This document shows positions 1-9,132 of a DNA stretch of 62,878 nt, piece after piece. Source of the stretch: Firmicutes bacterium ZCTH02-B6 (GTDB lineage Bacteria > Bacillota > Limnochordia > Limnochordales > ZCTH02-B6); the NCBI GenBank assembly GCA_002159155.1, contig LZRQ01000119.1, positions 1 to 62,878 of the forward strand, written 5' to 3'. The notes below the pieces were generated by a model. That model did not search any database, was not told where the DNA came from, and saw nothing but the letters and a program-made list of their open reading frames with translations. The stretch's first letter is position 1, and the number at the start of each line of letters is the position of its first letter. The position numbers and the translations under genes are program-made.

Positions 1-2
1 GG

Positions 3-506
3 GTGGTCATGCGGAAAAGCCCCCTGATGATCAATCCGGTCATCGTGCCCGCCGTTTCCCGTGTCCTGTTTTACATGGTGCTCGTCTTCTCTTTGTACTT
101 GTTCTTCCGCGGGCACAACCATCCGGGCGGCGGTTTCGCGGCCGGCGTCATGGCGGCGTCAGCCGTCGTCATCTGGGCGCTAGCGTACGAGCGGACGGCG
201 GCTCTCGCAATGGTGCCGGTGCACCCGCGGTTTCTCATCGGCACCGGACTCGCCATCATGGCCGCGGTGGGCCTGGCGGGGGTGGTCGCTGGCCAGCCTT
301 TCCTGACACACGCGTTTGTTCATTGGCATGTACCGGGCGTCGGCGAGGTGGAATTGGCGTCGGCCTCTCTGTTTGATCTCGGCGTCGCCTTCGCTGTCTT
401 TGGCGCCATCCACTGGCTGGTGGCCGCCATGTCCGACGGCATCCCGCTGGAACAGGAACACATCAGGTGGCTCAGCGGCGCTCGCCAGGCACGGGAGGGA
501 AGGTGA
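3..506 (+). CDS. mrpB: Mrp/Mnh Na+/H+ antiporter subunit B. Probably complete, with a likely start at ATG 9; mrpA would lie upstream of the window.
   Basis: ORF 3..506. MnhB-domain motif FRGHNHPGGGFAAG and hydrophobic helices. Followed by mrpC-G in canonical order. Confidence 0.8.
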   Translation: MVMRKSPLMINPVIVPAVSRVLFYMVLVFSLYLFFRGHNHPGGGFAAGVMAASAVVIWALAYERTAALAMVPVHPRFLIGTGLAIMAAVGLAGVVAGQPFLTHAFVHWHVPGVGEVELASASLFDLGVAFAVFGAIHWLVAAMSDGIPLEQEHIRWLSGARQAREGR

Positions 507-513
507 CCGGTCC

Positions 514-861
514 ATGGAACTGCTCGTTGCCATCACGGTCGGGGTCGTCGTGGCCAGCTCCGTGTATTTGCTCTTGGCGCGGGAAACGTTGCGGGTCATC
601 GTTGGCTCCGTCCTGCTGGGGTATGGGATTAATCTCGCCTTGTTCATTTCGGGCGGAATCGCGACCATGGCTCCGCCGATCCTTCTGGACGATGGGAGCC
701 TGCCGGGGCCGGTGATGGATCCGATCCCACAGGCGCTCATCTTGACGGCTATCGTGATCGGCCTTGGGGTTTTTGCACTGCTCTTGGCCTTGGGTTACCG
801 CACGTACGAGGAGCACGGCACGACGGACGTGTCGTCGTTGGCGGGGGTGGAGCATGAATAA
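514..861 (+). CDS. mrpC: Mrp/Mnh antiporter subunit C (NuoK-like)
   Basis: Internal ATG at 514 of ORF 316..861 gives MELLVAITVGVVVASSVYLLLARETLRVIVG..., a typical ~115-aa MnhC. The upstream part of the ORF is an Arg/Trp-rich alternate-frame extension. Confidence 0.85.
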   Translation: MELLVAITVGVVVASSVYLLLARETLRVIVGSVLLGYGINLALFISGGIATMAPPILLDDGSLPGPVMDPIPQALILTAIVIGLGVFALLLALGYRTYEEHGTTDVSSLAGVEHE

Positions 862-2365
862 CTTGGTCGCGGCACCAATCGTGCTGCCCTTGGCGACGGG
901 CGCACTGCTGATCCTCACCCGCCGGCTGCCGGTCCAGCGTTCACTGAGCCTCTTGTCCGTCGGTCTTGGCCTGATCTTGAGCCTACGGCTCGCCGGCCAG
1001 GTGTGGACGGAAGGGGTCCAGACGCTAGGCCTGGGCAACTGGCCTGCTCCTTTTGGCATCGTGCTGGTGGCCGATTTGACCAGCGCCGCGTTTGTGGCCG
1101 CGACGTATGCCGCCGCGGTGGCGGTCGTGCTCTTCTCCTTTTACAGCCTCGAGCGCGCACAGGAGGAGCACTTTTACTATCCGGCTTTCCAGTATCTTCT
1201 GGTGGGCGTTAACGGATCGTTTTTGACGGGCGACATCTTCAACCTGTTTGTTTTCTTTGAGCTCATGCTGATGTCCAGTTACGTGCTGGCCGCTTTGGGC
1301 GGACGCCGGGCACAGCTGAGGGAAACCCTCAAATACGTGCTCATCAACAACGTCGTGTCCGGCTTTTTCCTCTTGGGAATCGGGGGCTTGTTCCGGACGT
1401 ACGGGACGTTGAACATGGCCGATCTGGCCGTGCGCATCCAGATGTCGGACTCCGGCGGATGGCTGTCGGTCATTGCCGTAGTGTTTCTCGTAGTTTTTGG
1501 GCTTAAGGCCGCCATGGTGCCGCTGCACGTCTGGTTGCCCGAGACGTACACGGCCGCACCGACGGCCGTCGTGGCGTTTTTCGCGGGCGTGTTGTCCAAG
1601 GTGGGGGTGTACGCCCTGCTGCGGACGTACACGCTCCTGTTTGTGGCGGACGTGGGCTTCACCCACCAGCAACTGCTGCTTCCACTGGCGCTGGTGACCA
1701 TGGTGGTGGGCATCATGGGCGCCGTGGCGCAGGTCGACTTTAAACGGATACTTTCCTACGACATCGTCAGCCAAATCGGCTACATGCTCTTGGGCATCGC
1801 CATTTTGACCCCCATGTCCATCGCGGGCACTGTAGTCTTTGTGCTGCACCAGATGGTGGTTAAGACGGTGCTCTTCTTATGCGCAGGAGCGGCCGAGCGG
1901 GTGACCGGCACCACCCACTTGCAGCGTACCGGAGGACTCTTGACCACGCACGCGCCGCTGGCGGTGTTGTATCTCATGGCGGGACTGGCCCTTGTGGGCG
2001 TTCCGCCCATGTCGGGCTTCTTTGGCAAGCTGGCGCTGCTGCGGGCGGCCCTTGAGGCGGAACGTTTCTTAAGCGGAACGATCGCGCTGGTGGTAAGTCT
2101 CGGGACGCTCTACGCGGTGATCAAGATCTTCCGCCTCGGCTTTTGGGGTGAGGTGCTGGGAGACCGGCGTCTCAACAAGGATAGCCGCGAGTTTCGTGGC
2201 ATGATGGCCGTCATTGGCGGACTTGTAGCGCTATCCGCAGTGATGGGCTTGGGGGCGCAGTTCGTGTTCGAGTACGCAGCCGCGGCGGCGGGGCAGCTGC
2301 TGGACGGTCAAGCTTACATCCGCGCGGTGCTGGGCACGTTTGACCCGGCCTCGTACGGGCTGTAA
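854..2365 (+). CDS. mrpD: Mrp/Mnh antiporter subunit D (NuoN/ND2-like proton-pumping subunit)
   Basis: ATG 854 (MNNLVAAPIVLPL...) overlaps the mrpC stop. Polytopic protein of ~500 aa with NADH-quinone oxidoreductase chain-like motifs (LKAAMVPLHVWLPETYTAAP). Confidence 0.9.
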   Translation: MNNLVAAPIVLPLATGALLILTRRLPVQRSLSLLSVGLGLILSLRLAGQVWTEGVQTLGLGNWPAPFGIVLVADLTSAAFVAATYAAAVAVVLFSFYSLERAQEEHFYYPAFQYLLVGVNGSFLTGDIFNLFVFFELMLMSSYVLAALGGRRAQLRETLKYVLINNVVSGFFLLGIGGLFRTYGTLNMADLAVRIQMSDSGGWLSVIAVVFLVVFGLKAAMVPLHVWLPETYTAAPTAVVAFFAGVLSKVGVYALLRTYTLLFVADVGFTHQQLLLPLALVTMVVGIMGAVAQVDFKRILSYDIVSQIGYMLLGIAILTPMSIAGTVVFVLHQMVVKTVLFLCAGAAERVTGTTHLQRTGGLLTTHAPLAVLYLMAGLALVGVPPMSGFFGKLALLRAALEAERFLSGTIALVVSLGTLYAVIKIFRLGFWGEVLGDRRLNKDSREFRGMMAVIGGLVALSAVMGLGAQFVFEYAAAAAGQLLDGQAYIRAVLGTFDPASYGL

Positions 2366-2379
2366 GGGGGGAGCGCGGC

Positions 2380-2853
2380 GTGTGGCACCAGCTACCGATT
2401 CACATGCTGCTCACGTTGGGCTGGATGGCCTTGTGGGGTTCGCAGGCGTGGTGGCACGAGGCGGCCGGCGCGATCGTGGGCGGGGCCATTCTCTACGCCT
2501 TGACCAAGGGTACCGGGCAGCCCTTCTATCTCAAGCGGGTGGCCGCCCTCGTCAAATTTGCCTTCGTGTTCTTGGGGGAGCTGGTTATGGCGGCCAGGTT
2601 CGTGGTGCGCATCTCCATGGCGCCGAGGCCGCGGCACCAACCGGGTGTGGTGGCTTTGCCGCTGCGGCTCAAGACCGACGCCAGCATCACCGCCTTGACG
2701 CACCTGCTGAGCTTGACTCCTGGAGCCGTGCCGATCGACATCAGCCCGGACCGCACCGAGATCTATATCCACTGCCTTGATCTCAACGAACTCGAGGCGG
2801 TGCGGGCGTCCAAGGAGCGGTTTGAAGAGTTGCTCCTGGAGGTGACCCAGTAA
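2380..2853 (+). CDS. mrpE: Mrp/Mnh antiporter subunit E
   Basis: 157-aa ORF at the expected position in the operon. Two N-terminal TM helices and MnhE-like length. Confidence 0.75.
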   Translation: MWHQLPIHMLLTLGWMALWGSQAWWHEAAGAIVGGAILYALTKGTGQPFYLKRVAALVKFAFVFLGELVMAARFVVRISMAPRPRHQPGVVALPLRLKTDASITALTHLLSLTPGAVPIDISPDRTEIYIHCLDLNELEAVRASKERFEELLLEVTQ

Positions 2854-3134
2854 TGGTGGCATGGGCTGCTGTCGTCGCCCAGGCGATGATCGGCCTGTCG
2901 CTTTTGCTCAGCGCCTTCCGGGTTGTGCGCGGGCCGACGGTACTGGACCGGACGGCCGCGTTTGACACGTTGTCCGCGAACCTGGTGGCGCTCATCGCCG
3001 TGGAGGCGATCCGAGACTTGACCACGGTGCATTTTGACCTGGCGCTGATGATCTCGCTGGTGCCCTTTGTGTTCAGCGTCGTCGTGGCCAAGTTCATCGT
3101 GAAGGGTGACATCATTGAGCGAGACACTAACTAG
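2853..3134 (+). CDS. mrpF: Mrp/Mnh antiporter subunit F
   Basis: 93-aa three-helix membrane protein, start-overlapped with the mrpE stop. Position and size fit MnhF. Confidence 0.75.
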   Translation: MVAWAAVVAQAMIGLSLLLSAFRVVRGPTVLDRTAAFDTLSANLVALIAVEAIRDLTTVHFDLALMISLVPFVFSVVVAKFIVKGDIIERDTN

Positions 3135-3498
3135 CCTCTCGGTGAGCGAGATTGTCACCAGCTTTCTCATGCTTGCAGGCGCCTTTCTCATCTTGGCCGG
3201 GGCGATCGGCGTCGCCCGCTTTGGCGACTTTTTCAGCCGCGTACATGCGGCGGGCGTCCCGAGCACCGTCGGTGTCGCGACGGTCCTGGCCGCGAGCGCG
3301 GTGTACTTGTCCGCCCACATGGACCAGGTATTTTGGAAGCCGCTCTTGGCTATTGTGGGGCTGTTTCTCACAGTGCCCCTCGGTACGGAGATGTTGGCCC
3401 GCGCCGCGTACATCACCAATGTGAAGCCGGCCGAGACCTACGCCCGGGACGACGCGGAGGATCGCCACGCAGTCGAACACAAGGAAGCCGTGGAGTGA
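3106..3498 (+). CDS. mrpG: Mrp/Mnh antiporter subunit G. The true start is more likely GTG 3142, just after the mrpF stop.
   Basis: ORF 3106..3498. From 3142 it reads MSEIVTSFLMLAGAFLILAGAIGVARFGDFFSRVHAAG, the typical MnhG N-terminus. Confidence 0.75.
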   Translation: MTSLSETLTSLSVSEIVTSFLMLAGAFLILAGAIGVARFGDFFSRVHAAGVPSTVGVATVLAASAVYLSAHMDQVFWKPLLAIVGLFLTVPLGTEMLARAAYITNVKPAETYARDDAEDRHAVEHKEAVE

Positions 3499-3530
3499 GG
3501 GGTATTGTGGCCTGCGGGCACCCGTTCGCG

Positions 3531-3565
3531 CACCGGGGGCCTACCAGCTAGGTAGGCCCCCGGTG
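3531..3565. terminator. Bidirectional stem-loop between convergent mrpG and fadE
   Basis: Perfect 15-bp inverted repeat CACCGGGGGCCTACC / GGTAGGCCCCCGGTG with a 5-nt loop, in the 128-nt convergent intergenic gap. There is no clear U-run. Confidence 0.6.
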
Positions 3566-3626
3566 TCGGCCAGCAGCATGCCCGTGCCGGGCGACGGCGG
3601 GAGCCGCCACCCGGTGCAGGCGCGTG

Positions 3627-5402
3627 TCACACGGGATAGCCGTTGGCCTCCAGCACCTTGGCGGCGATGGCCCGGCCTAGGTTGATGGTATTGACCGGCT
3701 CGCGACGCGTGAGGCGCCGGGCGACGCCAAGTTGCACCCGTAGGGTGTCGCCTTCCTCGAGGGCTGCCAAGGCGCGCCGGGCGACGGTATCGGCGGTATC
3801 GATGGCTTCGTGGATGAAGAGCTTGGTCATGTCCACCAAAAGCTGGGGGCAGCCGGCCTTTTCGGTGCGCAGCAAGGCGCTCTCCGAGGCATAGAGGGCG
3901 ATTCCGAGGTCCGCCGCGGCCGCGAGCAGCTCCTGCTCGTGTTCGATTTTGTCCAGGTGCTTTTGCACGCCGAGGCCGGCCACCATCAACGTGAGTTTGC
4001 GCAGACCGTCCACTAGCCGTCGCTCCTCTGCCAGCGGGTCGTCGCTGGTCGCTGCGGCTTCGCCAAAGCTCGGTGTGAAGGAGCTAAGCTCCTTTTGCAG
4101 CTCTTGCAGGGCTTCCATGAGCGGCAACTCGCCTTTCATCGTGCGCCGCAGCAAGGTGCCCGGGATGAGCAGCCGGTTGATCTCGTTGGTACCTTCGAAG
4201 ATGCGATTAATACGGGCATCGCGGTAAGCGCGCTCAACGGCGTACTCCTTCATGTACCCGTACCCGCCGTGGATTTGGACGCCCTCGTCTACCACGAAGT
4301 CCAGCACTTCCGAGCCGAACACCTTGTTGATGGACGCCTCGACGGCGTACTCGCCGATGGCCGCCGCCGCTTGCTTGCCCACGTCTTTGGCCAGGTCCAG
4401 CGTGTGGATGGACCGATCGAGCTGTCCGGCCGTGCGATAGACCATGCTCTCCAGTACGAAGATGCGGGTGGCCATGGCCGCGAGCTTTTGCTGGATGAGA
4501 GGGAAGGCCGCCAAGGGCTTGCCAAACTGATGGCGCTCTTGGGCGTACGCGGCCGACACTTGCAACACCGATTTGCAGCCGCCCAAGGCGCCGGCGGCCA
4601 GCTTCCAGCGGCCGATGTTGAGGATGTTAAACGCGATGATGTGGCCTCGGCCGACCTCTCCCAGGACGTCCTCCACGGGGACGTGGACGCCGTCAAAGAA
4701 GACCGCACAGGTGGAGGAGCCCTTGATGCCCATCTTGTTGACCTCGGGCCCCACCGACAAGCCCGGCGACGATCGCGGCACGATAAACGCGGTCATGCGG
4801 CCGTCGACCTTCGCGTAGACGATGAACACGTCGGCGAAGGACGCATTGGTGATCCACTGTTTCTGGCCACGCAGAACGTAGTGCCTGCCGTCCTCGGATA
4901 ATGTGGCCGTCGTTTTGGCGCCCATCGCGTCGGATCCCGCATCGGGCTCGGTGAGAGCGTAGGCCGCGATCCACTCGCCGCTGGCCAGCCTGGGAAGATA
5001 GCGGCGCTTTTGATCTTCGTTGCCGAAGAAGACGATGGGCAGCGTCCCGATGCCCGTATGGGCCCCGAAGGTGACGCCAAACGCGCCCGTGATGCCGATG
5101 CTTTCCGTGATCAGGGTGGAGGTGGTGAGGGGTAGGGCAAGACCGCCAAACTCCTCCGGGATATCGGCGCTCAGGAGCCCCAGCTCGCCTGCCCGTTTGA
5201 GCAACGCGACCGAGTGCTCGTGCTGCTGGTTTTCCAGCTCCTCCAGCTTGGGCAATACTTCATCCCGGGCGAAGGCCAAGGCGGTCTCGCCGATGAGCCG
5301 CTGCTCGCTGTCCAGGTCCTCAGGGGCAAAGACCGACGCGGCCGGCGGGGAGCCCAGCAAGAACCCGCCGCCTTTTTGCACGACCTTTTCATCCCACGTC
5401 AT
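3627..5402 (-). CDS. fadE: Long-type acyl-CoA dehydrogenase (about 590 aa, FadE/YusJ-like)
   Basis: 591-aa ORF with ACAD motifs (YALTEPDAGSDA, QIHGGYGY, EGTNEINRLL) and a C-terminal extension. Last gene of a fadN-fadA-fadE arrangement as in Bacillus. Confidence 0.9.
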   Translation of the reverse strand: MTWDEKVVQKGGGFLLGSPPAASVFAPEDLDSEQRLIGETALAFARDEVLPKLEELENQQHEHSVALLKRAGELGLLSADIPEEFGGLALPLTTSTLITESIGITGAFGVTFGAHTGIGTLPIVFFGNEDQKRRYLPRLASGEWIAAYALTEPDAGSDAMGAKTTATLSEDGRHYVLRGQKQWITNASFADVFIVYAKVDGRMTAFIVPRSSPGLSVGPEVNKMGIKGSSTCAVFFDGVHVPVEDVLGEVGRGHIIAFNILNIGRWKLAAGALGGCKSVLQVSAAYAQERHQFGKPLAAFPLIQQKLAAMATRIFVLESMVYRTAGQLDRSIHTLDLAKDVGKQAAAAIGEYAVEASINKVFGSEVLDFVVDEGVQIHGGYGYMKEYAVERAYRDARINRIFEGTNEINRLLIPGTLLRRTMKGELPLMEALQELQKELSSFTPSFGEAAATSDDPLAEERRLVDGLRKLTLMVAGLGVQKHLDKIEHEQELLAAAADLGIALYASESALLRTEKAGCPQLLVDMTKLFIHEAIDTADTVARRALAALEEGDTLRVQLGVARRLTRREPVNTINLGRAIAAKVLEANGYPV

Positions 5403-5450
5403 CGTTGACCCGTCCTTCCATAGAGGTTGAGATGCAAGAGGCCGTCGCTG

Positions 5451-6656
5451 TCAAGCGGTGATCGCCTGGCCCGCGGCCGGCAGGAATTCGAACACGCCTG
5501 CGGCGCCCATGCCGCCACCGATGCACATGGTCACCAGGCCGTACTTGGCCCCGCGGCGCGCCGCCTCGTACATGAGCGTCACCGTCTGGCGGGCGCCGGT
5601 GCACCCCAAGGGGTGGCCTAGGGCGATAGCGCCCCCGTTGACGTTGACCTTGGCCGGGTCCATGCCCAGTTGGTCCATGACGGGCAAGGACTGGGCCGCA
5701 AACGCCTCGTTGAGTTCAATCAGGTCCATGTCGTCCAGGATCAAACCCGCCAGCTTGAGCGCCTTCGGCACTGCCGCAACAGGGCCAATACCCATGATCT
5801 CGGGCTCGACGCCCGCGACCGCAAAGGAACGGAATACCGCTCGCGGCGCCAAGCCCAGCTCCTGCGCCTTGTCTGCCGCCATGACCACCACGCACGCGGC
5901 ACCGTCGCTAGTTTGGGACGCGTTGCCCGCGGTGACGGTGCCGCCTTGCTTGAAGGCAGGTTTCAACTGCGCCAGGGCCTCTAGGGAGGTGTCCCGGCGA
6001 ATCCCTTCGTCTTGTTCCAGGGTCACGGTTTCCTTGAGGGCGCGGCGACCGTCAAAGCGGACCCGCTCCACAACAACGGGCACGATCTCCTCCTGGAACT
6101 TGCCCGAGTCGGTCGCTGCCGCCGCGCGACGGTGGCTTTCGAGGGCGAAGGCGTCCTGTCGCTCGCGACTGATGTTATACCGGGCGGCCACCTCTTCGGC
6201 CGTGAGGCCCATTCCCATGTACACCTCAGGCGAGGAGCGCACGAGTGCAGGGTTGGGGGACAGCCGGAACCCGGTCATGGGAACGCGGCTCATGCTCTCC
6301 ACGCCGCCGGCGAGGATCACATCCGCATGTCCGAGCATGATGCGCTCGGCGGCCAAGGCGATGGCCTGGAGCCCGGATGAGCAGAAGCGGTTGATGGTGA
6401 AACCGGGCACTGTCGGCGGCAGCCCGGCACGGATGGCCGCAATGCGGGCGATGTTGAGGCCCTGTTCGCCTTCAGGCATAGCACAGCCGAGGATGACGTC
6501 GTCGATCATTTCCGCCGCCAGTCCCGGGGCGCGGCGCATCGCTTCACGGATGACGATGGCCGCCAAGTCATCGGCCCGCACGTCTTTGAGGGTTCCTTTG
6601 TGGGCTTTGCCGATGGGCGTGCGCACGCCCGCCACGATCACGGCATCGCGCAACAC
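5451..6656 (-). CDS. fadA: Acetyl-CoA C-acyltransferase (3-ketoacyl-CoA thiolase)
   Basis: 401 aa with thiolase signatures [11 protein letters not shown] (active-site Cys) and [19 protein letters not shown]. Confidence 0.95.
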   Translation of the reverse strand: MLRDAVIVAGVRTPIGKAHKGTLKDVRADDLAAIVIREAMRRAPGLAAEMIDDVILGCAMPEGEQGLNIARIAAIRAGLPPTVPGFTINRFCSSGLQAIALAAERIMLGHADVILAGGVESMSRVPMTGFRLSPNPALVRSSPEVYMGMGLTAEEVAARYNISRERQDAFALESHRRAAAATDSGKFQEEIVPVVVERVRFDGRRALKETVTLEQDEGIRRDTSLEALAQLKPAFKQGGTVTAGNASQTSDGAACVVVMAADKAQELGLAPRAVFRSFAVAGVEPEIMGIGPVAAVPKALKLAGLILDDMDLIELNEAFAAQSLPVMDQLGMDPAKVNVNGGAIALGHPLGCTGARQTVTLMYEAARRGAKYGLVTMCIGGGMGAAGVFEFLPAAGQAITA

Positions 6657-6672
6657 GGATCACTCCTTCGCG

Positions 6673-9075
6673 CTAGTTGCGCAACGGTTTGCCGGTGGCC
6701 AGGATGTGCTGCATCCGGGCCTGGCTCTTGGGATGGCCGCAGAGGCTCAAAAACGCCTCTCGTTCTAGGTCGAGCAGGTACTCTTCGGTCACCCGGGTGC
6801 CGGCGGGCAAGTCGCCACCACTGAGCACATAGGCCAACTTCTTGGCGATGTAGACGTCGTGCTCGGTGGCGTAGCCGGACCAGAACAGCTGTTGGGCCGC
6901 AAGCTCCAATACCGCCCGCCCGTCGGGGCCGACCACCGGGATCTGCGTCCGTGCCGGCGGTCGGTAGCCCGCCGCGTCTAGGGCGAGCACCGCTTGCTTG
7001 GCCTCGTGCCAGAGGTGGCCCCGGTTGGGGACGATGGTATCGGTCGAGCGCAGGTAGCGCAGCAGTTGGGCTTCAGGGCCGCTAGTCGACACCCGGGCCA
7101 TGCCGATCAGCTCAAAAGCACGGTTGACCAGTGGCTGCAGGTCGATGGGCGCCTGCATGGCCGCGCCGCCCGGGTCCGGCTCGAGTACCCCCGGGGCGCC
7201 TTCGAGGAAACGGATAAGCATTTCCTTGCAGCCGCCGCCGCCGGGGATGACGCCCGCACCGACCTCCACCAAGCCCATGTACGTCTCCGCGGCAGCCACT
7301 ACGTGGTCGGCCGCAAAGGTCAGCTCCGCACCGCCGCCCAGCGTCATCCCGTAAGGCGCTACGACCACCGGTCTGTCGAAGTACTTGAGGGCCATATTGA
7401 CGCCCTGGAACTGCCGGATGGCCAAGTCGATCTCATCCCACTCGCCGTCCTGGGCGCCCATAAGGATCAAAACCAGATTCGCGCCGACACAGAAGTTGGG
7501 CGAGACGTGGCTGCTGACCACGAGGCCCCTAAAGTCCTTGCGCACCCTGTCCATGGCCAGGTGGAGCATTTGCATCAGGTCAGTGCCGATGGCCTGCTTG
7601 GGCGAGTGGAAGTCGACAAGCGCCACGTCGTCGCCGATGTCGTACAATGTCGCGCCGGGTGTGGCGTGGATGACCCGGTTTCGGGCTTTGAGATCGGCTA
7701 CGGTGATAGTACGGGGCCGCGGTTTGAGCGGCACATGCCCGCCGTCCGGGGATGCCTGCATGAGCTCGCCGTCGATGACCGGGTAAAAGGCGGGCCGGTC
7801 GCTGGCCGCCAGCGCCTGGACCCAAGCGGGGATCTCCTCGCCTTCCTTTTGCATACGGGTGACGGATTCCCGCAGGCCGATGGCGTCCCAAGCCTCAAAC
7901 GGCCCCAATTCCCAGCCAAAGCCCCAACGCATGGCCCTATCGATGCTGACGATGTCGTCGGCTATCTCCGTCACCTTACGGGCGGCGTAGAGCAGCGTCT
8001 TCTTGAGCACCCGCCAGGCATAGCGGCCTGCGGGGTCATCCGCCTGCACCAATTGCCTGATGCGCTGGCCCACGTCCTCGATGCCTCGCACCGCCGCCAG
8101 GGACGGAGCGTTGAAGCGCCGGCGCGGAACGTACTCAAAGGAGTCGGTGTCCAGCACCAGGATCTCGCTTTGCCCGTTCTGCTTGATCCGCTTAAAGAAG
8201 CCCTGGCCGGTCTTCTCACCCAGCCATTTCCGCTCCAGCAGTTGCTCGAGTAGGGGCGGGAGAACGAAGGCGTCCCGTTCCCATGGCTCGGCGGCGGTGT
8301 GCTGCAAGTTGCCGGCCACAAAAGCTACCACGTCTAGCCCGACCAGATCCAGGGTGCGGAAGGTGGCGCTCTTGGGCCGGCCCATGGCGGGGCCCGTGAT
8401 CGCGTCCACATCGTCGGGCCGCAGGCCCATTTCGAGCATGGCGCGTATGCTTTCCATGAGCCCGTAGGTGCCGATGCGGTTGCCGATGAAGTTGGGGGTA
8501 TCTTTTGCGATCACGACCCCTTTGCCCAGCACCCGCTCGCCAAACTCCGTGATGGCCGCTACGACATCGGGGTCCGTCTCCGGGGTGGGGATAACTTCCA
8601 ATAGATACAGGTACCGCGGCGGGTTGAAGAAGTGGGTGCCGAGAAATCGGCGGCGAAATTGCTCCGGCAGCCCGGCGGCGATCTTGTGAACCGGGATCCC
8701 GGACGTGTTGGTGCTGGCGATGGCGTGCGGGGCCAGCAGCGGCGCGACCCGTTGCCAGAGCTGGCGCTTGATGTCCAGGTTTTCCACGACCGCCTCGATC
8801 ACCCAGTCCGCTTCCCGAATCCGAGGCAGGTCGTCGTCGAAGTTGCCCGGGGTGATGAGGGACAGCTGGTCAGGGCTATAGATGGGCGACGGCTTGATCT
8901 TGGGCAGCCGCTCCAGGGCCTGGCGCGCCAGCCTGGTGCGGTCGCCCTCGCTGGCATCGGGTGGGACGATATCTAACAGCAGACATGGTATCCCTTGGTT
9001 GGCCAGGTGGGCCGCGATCTGGGCACCCATAGTGCCGGCGCCCAGCACCGCGGCCGTGCGGATGTTGCGGGGCAT
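6673..9075 (-). CDS. fadN: Bifunctional 3-hydroxyacyl-CoA dehydrogenase / enoyl-CoA hydratase (FadN/YusL-like, 800 aa)
   Basis: N-terminal Rossmann motif AAVLGAGTMGAQIAAHLA, a 3HCDH middle region and a C-terminal crotonase-like region (GGGAELTFAAD). Confidence 0.9.
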   Translation of the reverse strand: MPRNIRTAAVLGAGTMGAQIAAHLANQGIPCLLLDIVPPDASEGDRTRLARQALERLPKIKPSPIYSPDQLSLITPGNFDDDLPRIREADWVIEAVVENLDIKRQLWQRVAPLLAPHAIASTNTSGIPVHKIAAGLPEQFRRRFLGTHFFNPPRYLYLLEVIPTPETDPDVVAAITEFGERVLGKGVVIAKDTPNFIGNRIGTYGLMESIRAMLEMGLRPDDVDAITGPAMGRPKSATFRTLDLVGLDVVAFVAGNLQHTAAEPWERDAFVLPPLLEQLLERKWLGEKTGQGFFKRIKQNGQSEILVLDTDSFEYVPRRRFNAPSLAAVRGIEDVGQRIRQLVQADDPAGRYAWRVLKKTLLYAARKVTEIADDIVSIDRAMRWGFGWELGPFEAWDAIGLRESVTRMQKEGEEIPAWVQALAASDRPAFYPVIDGELMQASPDGGHVPLKPRPRTITVADLKARNRVIHATPGATLYDIGDDVALVDFHSPKQAIGTDLMQMLHLAMDRVRKDFRGLVVSSHVSPNFCVGANLVLILMGAQDGEWDEIDLAIRQFQGVNMALKYFDRPVVVAPYGMTLGGGAELTFAADHVVAAAETYMGLVEVGAGVIPGGGGCKEMLIRFLEGAPGVLEPDPGGAAMQAPIDLQPLVNRAFELIGMARVSTSGPEAQLLRYLRSTDTIVPNRGHLWHEAKQAVLALDAAGYRPPARTQIPVVGPDGRAVLELAAQQLFWSGYATEHDVYIAKKLAYVLSGGDLPAGTRVTEEYLLDLEREAFLSLCGHPKSQARMQHILATGKPLRN

Positions 9076-9132
9076 CGCGTTTCCTCCTCAAAAGTAGCCT
9101 GTGGCGTCCGGGACGGTGGAGGGCCGCGCTGT